Shown: one piece after another, positions 12,001 through 24,000 of the stretch
How the letters are laid out: each line of letters starts with the position of its first letter
Numbering within the stretch: position 1 is the first letter of the stretch
NCBI RefSeq assembly: GCF_963506605.1
Contig: NC_083290.1
Span: forward strand, 30,008,001-30,072,000
Length of the DNA: 64,000 nucleotides
Reading direction: 5' to 3'
Source: Zootoca vivipara
Lineage: Eukaryota
Program-made: the position numbers and the translations under genes
The notes under the pieces: model-generated
The model's database searches: none
What the model was told of the DNA's origin: nothing
The model's input: only the letters and a program-made list of their open reading frames with translations

Positions 12001-15000
12001 CTTGGCTCTTGTGGTCGGCCAGTTCCCTAACCACCGGATTTCCCCAGCCTTTTCACAAGGGAAAAGTGAGAACGTGGCATTTCGTGTTTTAGTCCAACCT
12101 GTTCTGTGTCTTATCGCGCAGCTGCTTCCGTAAGCACAGACCAAAGCTGGCGAAGGACATTTTGGTGCGTGAGCAAAGAAGACCCAAGGGCATTTTGCAA
12201 GCATGGACTCCAGCTAGCCTGAGACAATATCTGCCAGGAAGGTCTTGGAGCTCCTATGTGCATTGCAGCAGAAGGGGAGGAGAAACACACCCAGAGAGAG
12301 AGGCTTCCCTCTCCCTCCATAACACAAGGACTGGGGTGTCATCTCATGAAACTGAGTGTGGCTGGAAACTCAAGGCCAATGAAATTCTGCCCTGGGATCC
12401 TCTGGAAGGCAGAGAGGGTGGGGCAGAAATACTACAGACAGAAAGGGGAGAGCCGTGGTCCTTCTGTCCTTCTGGTGGGCATAAACTCAGATATTTAAGC
12501 TAGGTGCTGAACGGCACCTTAAATCTAGGTTACGGTCGCCACAACGTCTATTCACCTTGGGGGTCGTTTCCAGCGCTACAGCTCTATGATTCTATGATCT
12601 CAACTACGTTGCTTGACTGTAGCTTACTCCATTCACTTGTCCCAGTATGCAAGCAAGAGAAACACACACAGCGGAAATGGAAATGGTATTAACCAAGACC
12701 GAGGTTTTGAAAACTGCAGCAGCCAACCTGGCGCCCAGAAATCTCGCAATTGGACTCGCGCCAGTAGCAAAACGCACCTGGCACCTGGGGGATTTTAAAT
12801 GCTGTTTCCTGGGGGTGGGGTTACCGTGGAAAAGAATAGGGTAGACTAGGTGGAACCACTCGGGTCTGGCCCAACTGCTGCAGCTAGCCATTGGAGGTTT
12901 TTATTTATTGAAAGCCTTCACACAGCAGCTTACAATATTTATCTGGTATAAATGCAATTTGAAATTTAAGGCTTGTATGAGCCCTTCTACAGGGACCCAG
13001 GTGGCGCTGTGGTTAAACCACTGAGCCTAGGGCTTGCTGATCAGAAGGTCGGCGGTTCGAATCCCTGTGACGGGGTGAGCTCCCGTTATTCAGTTCCAGC
13101 TCCTGCCAACCTAGCAGTTCGAAAGCATGTCAAAATGCAAGTAGATAAATAGGAACCGCTACAGCGGGAAGGTAAACGGTGTTTCCGTGTGCTGCTCTGG
13201 TTTGCCAGAAGCGGCTTTGTCATGCTGGCTACATGACCTGGAAGCTATACGCCGGCTCCCTCGGCCAATAATGCGAGATGAGCGTGCAACCCCAGAGTCG
13301 GTCACGACTGGACCTAATGGTCAGGAGTCCCTTTACCTTTACCTTTATGAGCCCTTCTATCTAATCCCTACCACAGAGATCTTTCAGAGAAGTGGTAGCA
13401 GCTATCTGTGCCCTTGCCCCCCCCCCCATGCTACAGATTACAGATGCCCGACTGGCCTCCCCCAGCAGTTGGGTATTACGTGTCGCTGCTGCTCCCATAC
13501 AGGCACCTTTACTTTTTACTTTCAGGTGCCTCGTGAAAATCTTTTTATGCCAACAGACCCTGTTTTCTTGAGCAGCCAGTCATTTTAATGATCATATATA
13601 TTTATATGTGATATATAATGATCATATATATAAAAATTGTATACTGTTGTGCTATATGGTGCAGACTGAAGGTATATAAAATACTTTCAAGCAAGCAAAC
13701 ATCTGATTCAGCGAATGAAACAATAAAGCCACCAGCTACCTAAAACAGGTGCCCAAGGAATTTGAAAGAGCCTCCCCAAGCAGGAAGATGGTCAGAGCAG
13801 GGGGGGCTCAGGAAACTTCCCTATGGATCTGCCTGCACAGCTTTTTCCTGCTCTCATGCAAGGAGCCACATCATAGGGTTCTGAAGGCTCCACAGGTGTG
13901 CTTTCAGAGTATGTCCCCTTGAGGAGCCTGATGCACCTTGACTCAAAGCTGGGCCTACAACAGGTGCCCTTTAGAACTGGCAGAGAGAGAAGGAGGCAGC
14001 CACCAGCAGGCTGGAGGAGCTTGGCACCCTTGGGCCTCACCCACCCCACTGGGAGAAGGGCCTCACTTGCCTATGCGCCTTTTCACTCCTGCACAGGTGT
14101 CCAGGTCAGCTGCTAACCAATGAAAGACAGAAGAGGCATTGTGGGTGGGGGCAAGGGGGGGGGGAGGAGAAAGAGAGGCTGCAGGGATACCAGAAACTGC
14201 TAAGGAGAAGCTTTGCTACTTTCCCTCCAGGACACAGTGAAATCCAAGTCTCCCTAGTCCCACTGCTAAGGAGAGCGCCCCCATTTTAGCTTGTATGTAG
14301 CCCAACTGGGCAGTGGGGGGAACACACAGGATCCTGTGCCAAGCTAAGCTTCACCAGGACTAGAGCAGGCAGGCTTTCGTGGGCAACCCCCAACGCTCAT
14401 CTCTCCCAGACTCCCACTTCTACAAAGCCCCCAATCAATCCCCACCCATGCCACTGCTTCGGCTGTGCAGAGTGCCAAGTGGGATGGAGAGGAAAGCAGC
14501 GTGCAAAATGCACACAGGCTTACGGTACTCACAGTCAAGTCCAGAGTGACTCTCATCAACATCTCACAGAAACATCCCTCCAGGCCTCTCACAGGAAAGG
14601 AACACAAACACCTCCAGCCTCCCTCAACGAAGTCGAGAACCAAAAAACGCTCTCCGCTTACCCCGGCACGTGACCAGGCTAATGGCAGGGTGCGGGCCCA
14701 GCAGCAACAGCCTCTCTCTCCCCCCCCCCCTCCTTCCTGCCAGCTTATTTCTCCTCTGTGAATCACACAAGCTGTGCAAACAAGCAGTTGTGAGTCAGTG
14801 CCCAGCCACTGGCGAGACAACAGGCAGCCTGCAGGGTGCAGCTGGGGGGTGGGTGGGGGCTAGCACAGCAGCCCAAGGTGGCACACTCCACCAGTCTGAG
14901 CCAGGCAGACACACAGCCAGTCCTGAGACCCAGGCACAGCTGGGCAAAAAGGCTGCAGAGTTACTCTGGCTAGGAGCTGTGTGGTGCAGCTGGGCTGAGA

Positions 15001-18000
15001 GGCTGGGCACACAAAGCACCCCGCCCTGGTGTTAGCTCTGCCAGGGAGGGTCCCACCCAGAGTCAACAGTTAAGGGCTAAGAAGAGCCTTGCTGGATCCA
15101 GCCAATGGAGTATCCTGTTCTCACAGCGGCCAACCAGATGCCTGCGAATCCGTCAGCAGAATTCGAACACAAGAGCGCTCTTTCCTCCTGCCGTTTCCAG
15201 CAACTGGCATTTAGAAAGAAGCACTGCTTCTTCCAACTGTGGTGGCGGAGCACAGCCGTCATGGCTAGTAGCGATTCGTAACCACAAATTTGTCTAATCC
15301 TCTTTTAAATCCATCTAGGTTGGTGACTATCATTGCCTCCTGGGGGAGGGAGTTCCATAGTTTAACTGCGCTCTGCGTGAAGAAATGCTTTCTTCCATCA
15401 GAGTGCATTTTGGGCCCCTTCTGTGCCGTTCCCGGGGAGCACTGGGGCCCGTGATGGGATCTGGGCAACATCCAAACGTTTGGTTAGGAGGTGCTTATCA
15501 CCAGATAGGAGCTGCAAGAGTTAACTCCAGGCAGGCGGAGCATAAAACAAAGCGACAAATGCCAGGCCAGGCTGAGAAGAGGAACGGAGCATGCTCAGTC
15601 TGGGCTGCATGGGGAAATCCCAGAGAATGCACTGTTTCAGGCCTGGGGGTTACAAGCCCTCCCATTTGCAGCTCCACCTCACCCCTCATCCCAGAGCCAA
15701 GTGTGCCTTGGGGGAAGAAGCTTGTTGTCCATCTGCAGGGGACCACAACCCAAACATTCCTGCCTCACTTCCCCAGGCAGACACTCTTGCAAAGGGGTCT
15801 GACTCCCCTGTTCTTTTATTCAGAAACTGTTCCACGCAGCTATTTCTGCCACCACCTTGCTACCTGCCTGACACATAGGCTGATTTTGCCCACCCCTTGA
15901 TAACACCCCCTTGGTAACTGCAGCTCAAGGCTTGGCATGTGCAAAGCTGGAAATTCCAGAAATATCATTGACTTCCACCCCCATCCTCCTCAAACAATTA
16001 GCACACCTAGTTGTTGGTTGCAAGGAAATGCATGTATTTAAGCTTAAGACCCCGAACACTCCTGGCAGGGCAGCCCCCAGCCTTCCCTTCTCTCTGGGGA
16101 ACGGTTATTCCTTCGGCCTGCCCAGGATCCACACATTCATTCCACATCTACAGTGTTAGAAACTCAGATATACAAGCTAATCACCAAACGGCACCTTAAA
16201 CCTAGGTCACCACTGCCACAACGGTGGTGTTTTTTTAAAAAAATATATTAATACTATTCATTTAATTTCTCTACCGCTTTATATTTTAAAGAAAAAATAA
16301 ATCTGAAAGCGGTTTACAACACACTAGAACATCAAATACAATACGAAAAATGTTTCAGAACATTCTCTAAGGGTCATTTTGCCTTCCCCTTCTTTATTTA
16401 TTTACCTACTTAATTCTGCTGCCCACTAGCAGAAGTACTGTAGGAAGCCAGTGTGGTCTAATGGTTAGAGTTTCAGACTAAGACCTGGGAGATCAGGGTT
16501 CAAATCCCCGCTCAGTCATGAAGCTCACTGGGTGACCCTGGAGTCAGTCAAGTCACAGCCTCTTAACCTACCTCACAGAGTTGTTGTAGGAATTAACTGA
16601 GGGGGGGGGTTGAACCATGTATTCCTTAGAGGGAAAAAATGTGGAATAGAAATGCAGTATACAAGCTCTTCTGCCTAGATGCTCAAGAAAGCTGGAGAAG
16701 TCAGACAGATGGTGATGTCAGTCGCCAGCCTTGCATCTGGAGACCTCCACCTGCTTGCAATAGGTCCTGCGCAAGTCGCAAAACATGCCTGGTGCCTGGC
16801 TAAGTCCTAACACTGCGCAGCCCACCCACCTCAGAGGCACCGGCGGACCCCCCCGTCATTACAGAGGTCCTTGTGCCTGCTGCCTGAGCAGGTGCCGCAC
16901 TCACCAGCCGCTCCATCTCCTGTTCCCGGAGGCGCTCCTGGCGCTGCCACCGATGGTATTCCCTCAGCTCCCCCTCGTCGCCGCTGAGCTCTGAGATGCT
17001 GTGCTTGCGCTCCCGCAGGGGCCCTGGCGTCAGCTCCAGCCCCCCAGACAACTTCCGGTGCAGGCGGGGGCTCTGGCGTGGCGAGGCCGAGGTCAGGGAG
17101 CCCAGGCTGTAGGCGGGGCTCAGGCCGGTTGCGTAGCTGGGCTTGCGTTGGCCAGGCTCCCTGGAGAGCAGGGTGGGCGAGGGGCTGCGTCCCCGCAGAC
17201 AGGAGAAAGAGGCAGACGTAAGGTCCTCAAGAGGCTCCCTCCTCCAGCCACAGGGGGGCTCACCAGCCTTAGCCTGCACTGGGGGGCCGCCGTGAGGGGC
17301 TGGCGACACTGCCCGGCGGGACAAGGCGGGGCTGAGAGGAGGCAGTTCCCGCATGCTCTCCAGAGGCCGCCGGCTGAGTCGGGGGCTCTCGGGGGGCTGC
17401 AGGGCCCGGCTCGACTGGCTGAGAGGCACAAATCCCGCAGGCTCAGCTGGTGGGAAGCCTTTGCCCAGCCCTTGGCGGGAGGTGCCAGCAGGCGTGTCCC
17501 GCGCTTCCCGGAAAGGGCTGGGAGGCCTCTCCTGCAGAGCCGTGGCCTTGGTCCGTGGGGTGGAGGGTGACTGGAATTTGGGGGCCAGGCGTGGGCTGGT
17601 GGGTGGCTGTACCCGAGGGCTGCCCGGCAGGCTCTCGCTCAGGCTGGCAGGCAATGCAGGTGGAGGGGAGCTGCGTGGGCCCGGGCGGGGGTTCTCCCCT
17701 GAGGGCCGGGCCCTGCGGCTGGGCGTGGGACTCCGGGGACTCTCCTGTGTGGCCCTCCGAGCCATCCGCGGGCTCCCCGGCCCCCGTGTTGGGTTCGGGC
17801 CTCCGGTGCTGCTCGGCAGGTCCAGGCTGGCCCCGCCGTGAGGAGTCAGCATGGTGTGGTTGAAACTAGAAGAGCGAACGGGCACCACCGGAGGCAGGGC
17901 AGGGCCCTGGTCCTGGGTGCCAGGCGAGTGGCTGGCACAGCTGCTGCTGCTTGCGGGAGAGGAGAGGGGAGAGAAGGGCGGGGAGGTGTTTTCGTAGCTG

Positions 18001-21000
18001 GATCCCACAGACATGGCGCCAGGGCTCTGGGGAGGGGACAGCAGGTAGCGCCCGCCCCTGCCATTCACGACGGAGGAATCTGGCGACGGAGCATTGCCGC
18101 GGCTGCTGGGGTGCTGCCTGGGGGTGCTGCCTTCCTCCTCCAGCACCAGGGAGTCCATGATATCCTGCAAGTCTCGCTCGATGGAGCTGACCAGGGCGCT
18201 GTGGCTGTGCCGGGAAGCCTTCGCCGTATCTTGGTTGCCGTTCAGAAGGCTCTGGGCCTCTGTGGAGAGAAAGGCAAGGTGGGCTGGGTTAGCTCTTGCC
18301 CCTCCACTGCTCCTGCTTCCACCCCACTGCTCCTGCAACTACTGCAGCTCCCTAACCCCACACATGTTGCCTATGAGCCATGCTCAACTTCTGTGGGCGG
18401 GAAACTTTCCCCCGAAATCAAATTCTCTGGACTCAAGTCACCAAGTTCTGCATTGGCAGCTGAGACATCATCATCATCATTAATTAAATTTGTATAAATT
18501 TGCATATTAAATTTCTATACCCACAGGTCTCAGGGTGGTTGCAACATAAGCTCACAATATAAAAACACAAAATACATCATAAAAACAAAAACAACCCAAT
18601 AACGCCACCCTCCTCAAGACATTTTAAAAGGACACTGGATGTCAATCGGCCAAGGCAATGTTTTTGCCATGCGCCTAAAGGTGTATAATGAAGACACCAG
18701 GTGAACTTCCTGGGGGAAAACATTCCACAGACGGGGGCTACAGCAGAAAAGGCCCATTCTCGTGTTGCCACCCTCCAGACCTCTCATGGAGGAGGCACCC
18801 AAAGGAGGGCCTGACATTTCACATTTTGCAAGGAGCTGCAGGAATTCCAAACCACGGCGCAACAGCAGAGGCTCCCCCACCCCAGACGTAATATCCCTAG
18901 ACTGGGAGCTGGGGGTACTCAACCCCCAACAACCCCATGGTTATGAAGGCCAAGGGAACATCAGGGGCAAAGGGTCATGTGGCTATTCCAAGTGAGTGCA
19001 GGGGTGGAGGGCTGTGCTGTGCCTCCCGGAGCCCCACCTAAACCACACGCTTGGAATTCTCCTACCTGCTGTGAGCCCATGCTGGGGTGCAGGGCTTCGC
19101 CCCACGCTGGGAATCATGCTTTTCATCCACTTCGCCTCAGCCGGGTGGTTGAACCGAAGGAAGGTCGACTGGCCCAGGCAGATCATACACCCTGAAAGCA
19201 AATGAGAGAACTGATGGGGAGGGGGGAGATTCACAGTGATCTCACAGGCTGAGCAGGAAATCAACCCTATTAAAACATACTTTGGGGTCACACAGCAATC
19301 TCCCCTCTCACTGCGCATTGAACCCATGCCCCACAGGGGTTGCAAAAAGTACTACTCTGCCTTGGGGCCTCCTCCAAATGGCTGGGGTTCCGGTATGACT
19401 GACCCTGCAAAGGGCTCAATACCATGACAAGCCCATTGTCACTTTCCCAGGACAGCGTTGCAAGGGAGAGTCCAGCTGGGTCCCTTTTAATGGAGTTGGT
19501 GCAACACATACAATATGATCTTGGAAGCACGTCAGAAAGTGATCTGGTGGGTGCCAGATGTTACATGGCAACAAGCTGTGGGCAGAAAAGGAACAGAAAA
19601 GGCCAGAAAACGCAGAAATAGCTACTGGGAAGAGTTAAACCAGAAGTTGGGGTGCATCTGTGGCTCTTGAGATACTGTCAGGACTCCCAGCTCCCACCAG
19701 CTCTCAGCCAGCACGGCCAATGTCCAGGGATTATGGCAGCTCTCCAGTCTAGCAACATTTGGCGGTCCACAACTGTGACCCACCCCGAGTAAAAGGAATA
19801 GGACAAGACCAGCCTGGCCTGCAGGAGGCCAAATGAGGCCACCCTAAGAGCCGCAACCTGCTGACGGGGTTCAGATGCTGGGAGGCAGGCTGAGGTTAAA
19901 TAATAGCAACAGTTTCCACTGTGAATGCTGTGGGGGCCCAGCCTTGCACTCCCACTCCAGCCCAGCTGTCCAAATCTGTGAGCAGCTCTGTGAGTGACAG
20001 GGCAATGACAAGGTGCCTTGTGCACACAAAAGGTGTGGCGGGGGGTGGGGGTGGGGGACTCGTGCGCAGAGGCGGAGCAGCAGGATTCTATGCCTGCAGG
20101 GGCAGGATTCCAGCTCCCTGGCTGGCCGACAAGCCAGCTCCTGCCTGGAGCGCTGCTGTGGAATGTGCAGCAGCATTTGCGGAGAGCCAGGTGTGGAAAG
20201 AAGAGGCCCGCCACACCCCCTCCTGCACACTCCTCCTGACATCACCGGTGCACTTGCAGAGGCTCCGACTTTGCCCACCCAGCACCTGCCATGGAGGCCA
20301 CCCTGCTCCTAAGGAGGGATTGGGACCTGTCCAGAAAGAGAGCCAGGAAGGGCATTTCTTTATCTTATGCAAAGGTTGGGTGGCTCGGCTGACATCCCAC
20401 CCCGCTGCAGTCCCCTGGCTTTCGCCAGGAATTCACAGCCCCCTCTTGGACCCCTTGATCCTGCGGCAAAGCAGGCGGTAGAAGCAGCTTCTTTTGGGAA
20501 ATGGGACAGAAAAAAACTGGCACCAGCAGCTGCCCCTTTTGCAGTGGCGGCTGCATGCTTCCCAGCCACAAGTAGAAAAAAACCCACAACTAATTCCAGT
20601 CTTGTGTGCTCCCCAAATGCCAGAGTCAAATCCCTCCGGCCTCACCAGAGCCTGGCCAGGGCAGGTCCACACCACCCAGAGAAGATACACAAACAAACAC
20701 ACACACATTCCTATATTTCAGAAACTGCCGTGTTGGCAAGCACGTTCCTGGCCATTTTAAAAACAAACCAAGGAAATTGAAGGTTACTAAAAATGGAGCC
20801 TTTGGGTGCTCCATAATAACACTGACCAGCCCTTCCCCTGCCAGGACTGGATGCAAAGACAGCGCTGAGTTCAAGCCAGGAGCACCTTCCAGGCAGGTTG
20901 CACTTCCTCTGGGGTGCAGCTGCTGCTTTGTGTTAATCAGGTGCAGTCACATGGCTTCCAAGATCAAATGTGCAAACATCACAATCATCCCACCTCCTTC

Positions 21001-24000
21001 TTAATGGGATTGCATGTTTAGCTAATCCCAGGAGTCTGAACCACACAACCCTAATATCTGCTCCTTGCCACATGGGGAAAGGGAGAGGGTGTTCAGAAGC
21101 CTCCTAGTGGAGAGGCAGAGCATAGTCACGATGGCTACTAGCCATATTTAGGGCTATCCTCCATGAATTTGCTTAAGACTCTTTTAAAGCCACTTAGGTT
21201 GTTGTTGACAATCCCTGCCATGAGTTTCTGTGTGTTGAGAGAGGAATAAAAACTTTTCTCTCTTCACCTTCTCCATGCATTATTTTATATACTTCTATCG
21301 TGTCACCTCTTATCTAAACTAAAAAGTTACAGTTATATGTAGGTAGCCGTGTTGGTCTGACGTAGTCGAAACAAAATAAAAAAATTCCTTCCAGTTACCC
21401 ACACACACGTAAAGGAGGAAAAGCATGTGAAAGTTGGAGGAACAGAGCATTTTTCTCCTTAAAGGTCTTAAAGGTCAGTATGTTGAAAGGTTCTCCAACT
21501 GGTTTCTGAATGTCTGATTTCTGCTGCCTGATTTGTGTGCCTTTTTATTATTTTGTCTACAGAGTGCGGGAGGGCTTTGCTGGTTGGTAATGGAATAGAG
21601 GGCATTTTGGAGGAGCAGGCGAAGAAACTAGATGTTATGGATCATGTTACAGTACTAGGCAGAATTCTGGAGAAGTGAAAACTGCTGCTCAATCCCTGCA
21701 TGTTTCTCCCCCAGGGACAAAACTGATGCTTCTGCACATCCGCAGAAAGGACAACTTGACCAGCCTCACTGAAAATCTCTCCCCACCCCCACAGCTCCAG
21801 AGGGGAGCTGCCAGGTTTATCTTACAACGCAGCAATGAATCTTGCAGCTCTGTGCCTGCAACACAATATGTCTCCTCTCAAGGAAAGGCCTGGGGAAGCA
21901 TTGGTAGCGCCCCCCCCCCGCCACTCCTCCTTCAGACAGGATGAAAGGAGGACTTGTGGGCAAGCTACTTTCCCAGGCGGTCAGCTTAAGCATCTCCTCC
22001 ACTGGGCCACCCAGATGACTTAAGTTATACGGGCAACACAGACATGTACAAATTCTGAGTTCCCATCCCACCTTTCCTGAGTCCCCAAACACTTCATACC
22101 AGTCAGGAGGCAGGAAAGATCACTCTGGGGAGAGGGAGGGAAAGAGGAGAGAAAACCATTCTGTCCTCTGTCCTGCCTGAACCCTGGGAAGAAGCGGAAG
22201 TACGTAAAAGCAGGAGCCAGCGAAAGAACAGGTGGCTCTGTCCTGCAGAGGAGGGAGGGGGGCAGTCTGTGCTTCTCTGCCATCCCTATACAAGGCACAG
22301 CATGTGGAACACAGCCAAGGAGGGGGAGGAAGGGGGCAGTTGGGACCGTCCCCAGGGCTTTGTGCCCCACCAAGCTCTGGGTGCATTGGAGCACCAGAAC
22401 GGCCACACGTCAAATCCCCCCCCCTCAAACAATCTGCTCTGTAAATCTCTCTGCTCCCCTCCCTCCTCAGCAGCATCGCTGGTCCTTTGTGCTGGGATCT
22501 CAGAGATAAATCACCCACGCCTGAGCTGCTCCCCATCTGGACTTCTGATCCCTGATGGCTGCCTGGGAAAGGCACATATGGACCATTCTCATTATAATGT
22601 CTATAGCAATTCAACTATGCAGTAGTAATAAATCATGCCCTTCACTTTGCTCACAACAACCCTGTAAGGTAGACCACTGACGTTCCTTTTTAAGGATAAC
22701 CGGCAGCTGAAAACAGTGGCTTGCATGACCTGCTGTTTATCTTCTGGTCCTAACAGGCTCAGCGTCTAACTTCAAGTCTGACCAATGTTATAGGGTTAAG
22801 TGGATCCCCAGCACAAGAGCTAGGCACCACATAGCCCTGAAGTCAAGATGGCACAGAAAAAGCGACTACTGTATATTCCTGCGTATGAGACTACTTTTTA
22901 ACCCAGTAAAATCTTCTCAAAAGTCGGGGGTCGTATACACCGGTTTGTATTTCTTACACGGCGAGTATATCCCAAACTCTATATTTTAACTGGAAAAGTT
23001 GGGGGTCGTCTTACACGCCCAGTTGTCTTATACGCCAGAATATACTAAGTTACCAGGAAACCTGATGTTTGGCGCAAGTCAGCCAGCAGATGCAAACATC
23101 CAAACCAGGGAATCGATCTGAGCCATCCAGGTGGGCTCCAAGCATTATTCCCGCCCGTCCCCCCACCCCACCCCGCGGCAGCCCCTTGCCCTGCCCATTT
23201 TTGGCTGACCTTCTGGACCTTGCTCCCTCAATTCGCAGAGACCCCTCAACAGAATCCACACTCTGAGCGCAATCTGCAACTCTTAGCCATTGCGCCGCCC
23301 ACTGATCGGTGGCATAACTACCCAAGCATGCGGGGGGGGGGCGGACATAAGAGAGGGAGGCGGTTGGACTCGTCCAGGGAAAGCTTGAGGTCCACGCGGC
23401 CCAGGCAACCCCCCTTGTCGCTTCCAATACCATGTGATGCTTCCCCCCCCCCGTCGGGTGCCACGTCTCCTGTGGGCAGCGGAGGCGGCAAAGAGCGCAA
23501 GGGCCGCCAGGCCTGGAGCAGGATCAGAAGCCGTCCCTTGGGGAAAGGGCAGAGGGGAGGCGTGCAACGCGAGCCGAGCCGACTCGGAACCGGATTGCGG
23601 GCCCCAGCCTGCCTCGCTTCCCTGGGCCCGCCCAGCTTCTTTGCGCCGGGAGCCACAGCGCGTTACGCCGGGGGAGGGGACCGGCATTTGCGCCCGGCCA
23701 GGTCCAGCCCGCCGGCGCCACTTTGGGGAATCCTAAAAATAGCGCCTGCGGCTGGAGCGCCTGTTGCAAGCCCGGCGAGGCCGGAGCGGCCGCCGCCTTT
23801 TCTCCGTCGAAAGGCACCGCGGCGAGGAGGACGCGCGCGCGCGCCCGCCCCTGGCGCACTCACCTGCCCCCGTCGTGCCGCCGCCTCCTCCTCAGTGCAG
23901 CGCGCCCGATCCCGGTCTGGCCGCGCCTTTCGCGGTGCCAAGCCCGGCCCCAGCTGGCGGGGTCTATTCAGGGGGCGGCTCCTCCCCTGCTTCCGTCGCG

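Noticed and set aside
12992-13075. tRNA-like A/B boxes
   Set aside because: This is a SINE head, not a tRNA gene; the same applies at 16443, 38049 and 63629.
17001-18497. Plus-strand ORFs over the large PHLDB1 exon
   Set aside because: Antisense shadows of a GC-rich coding exon.
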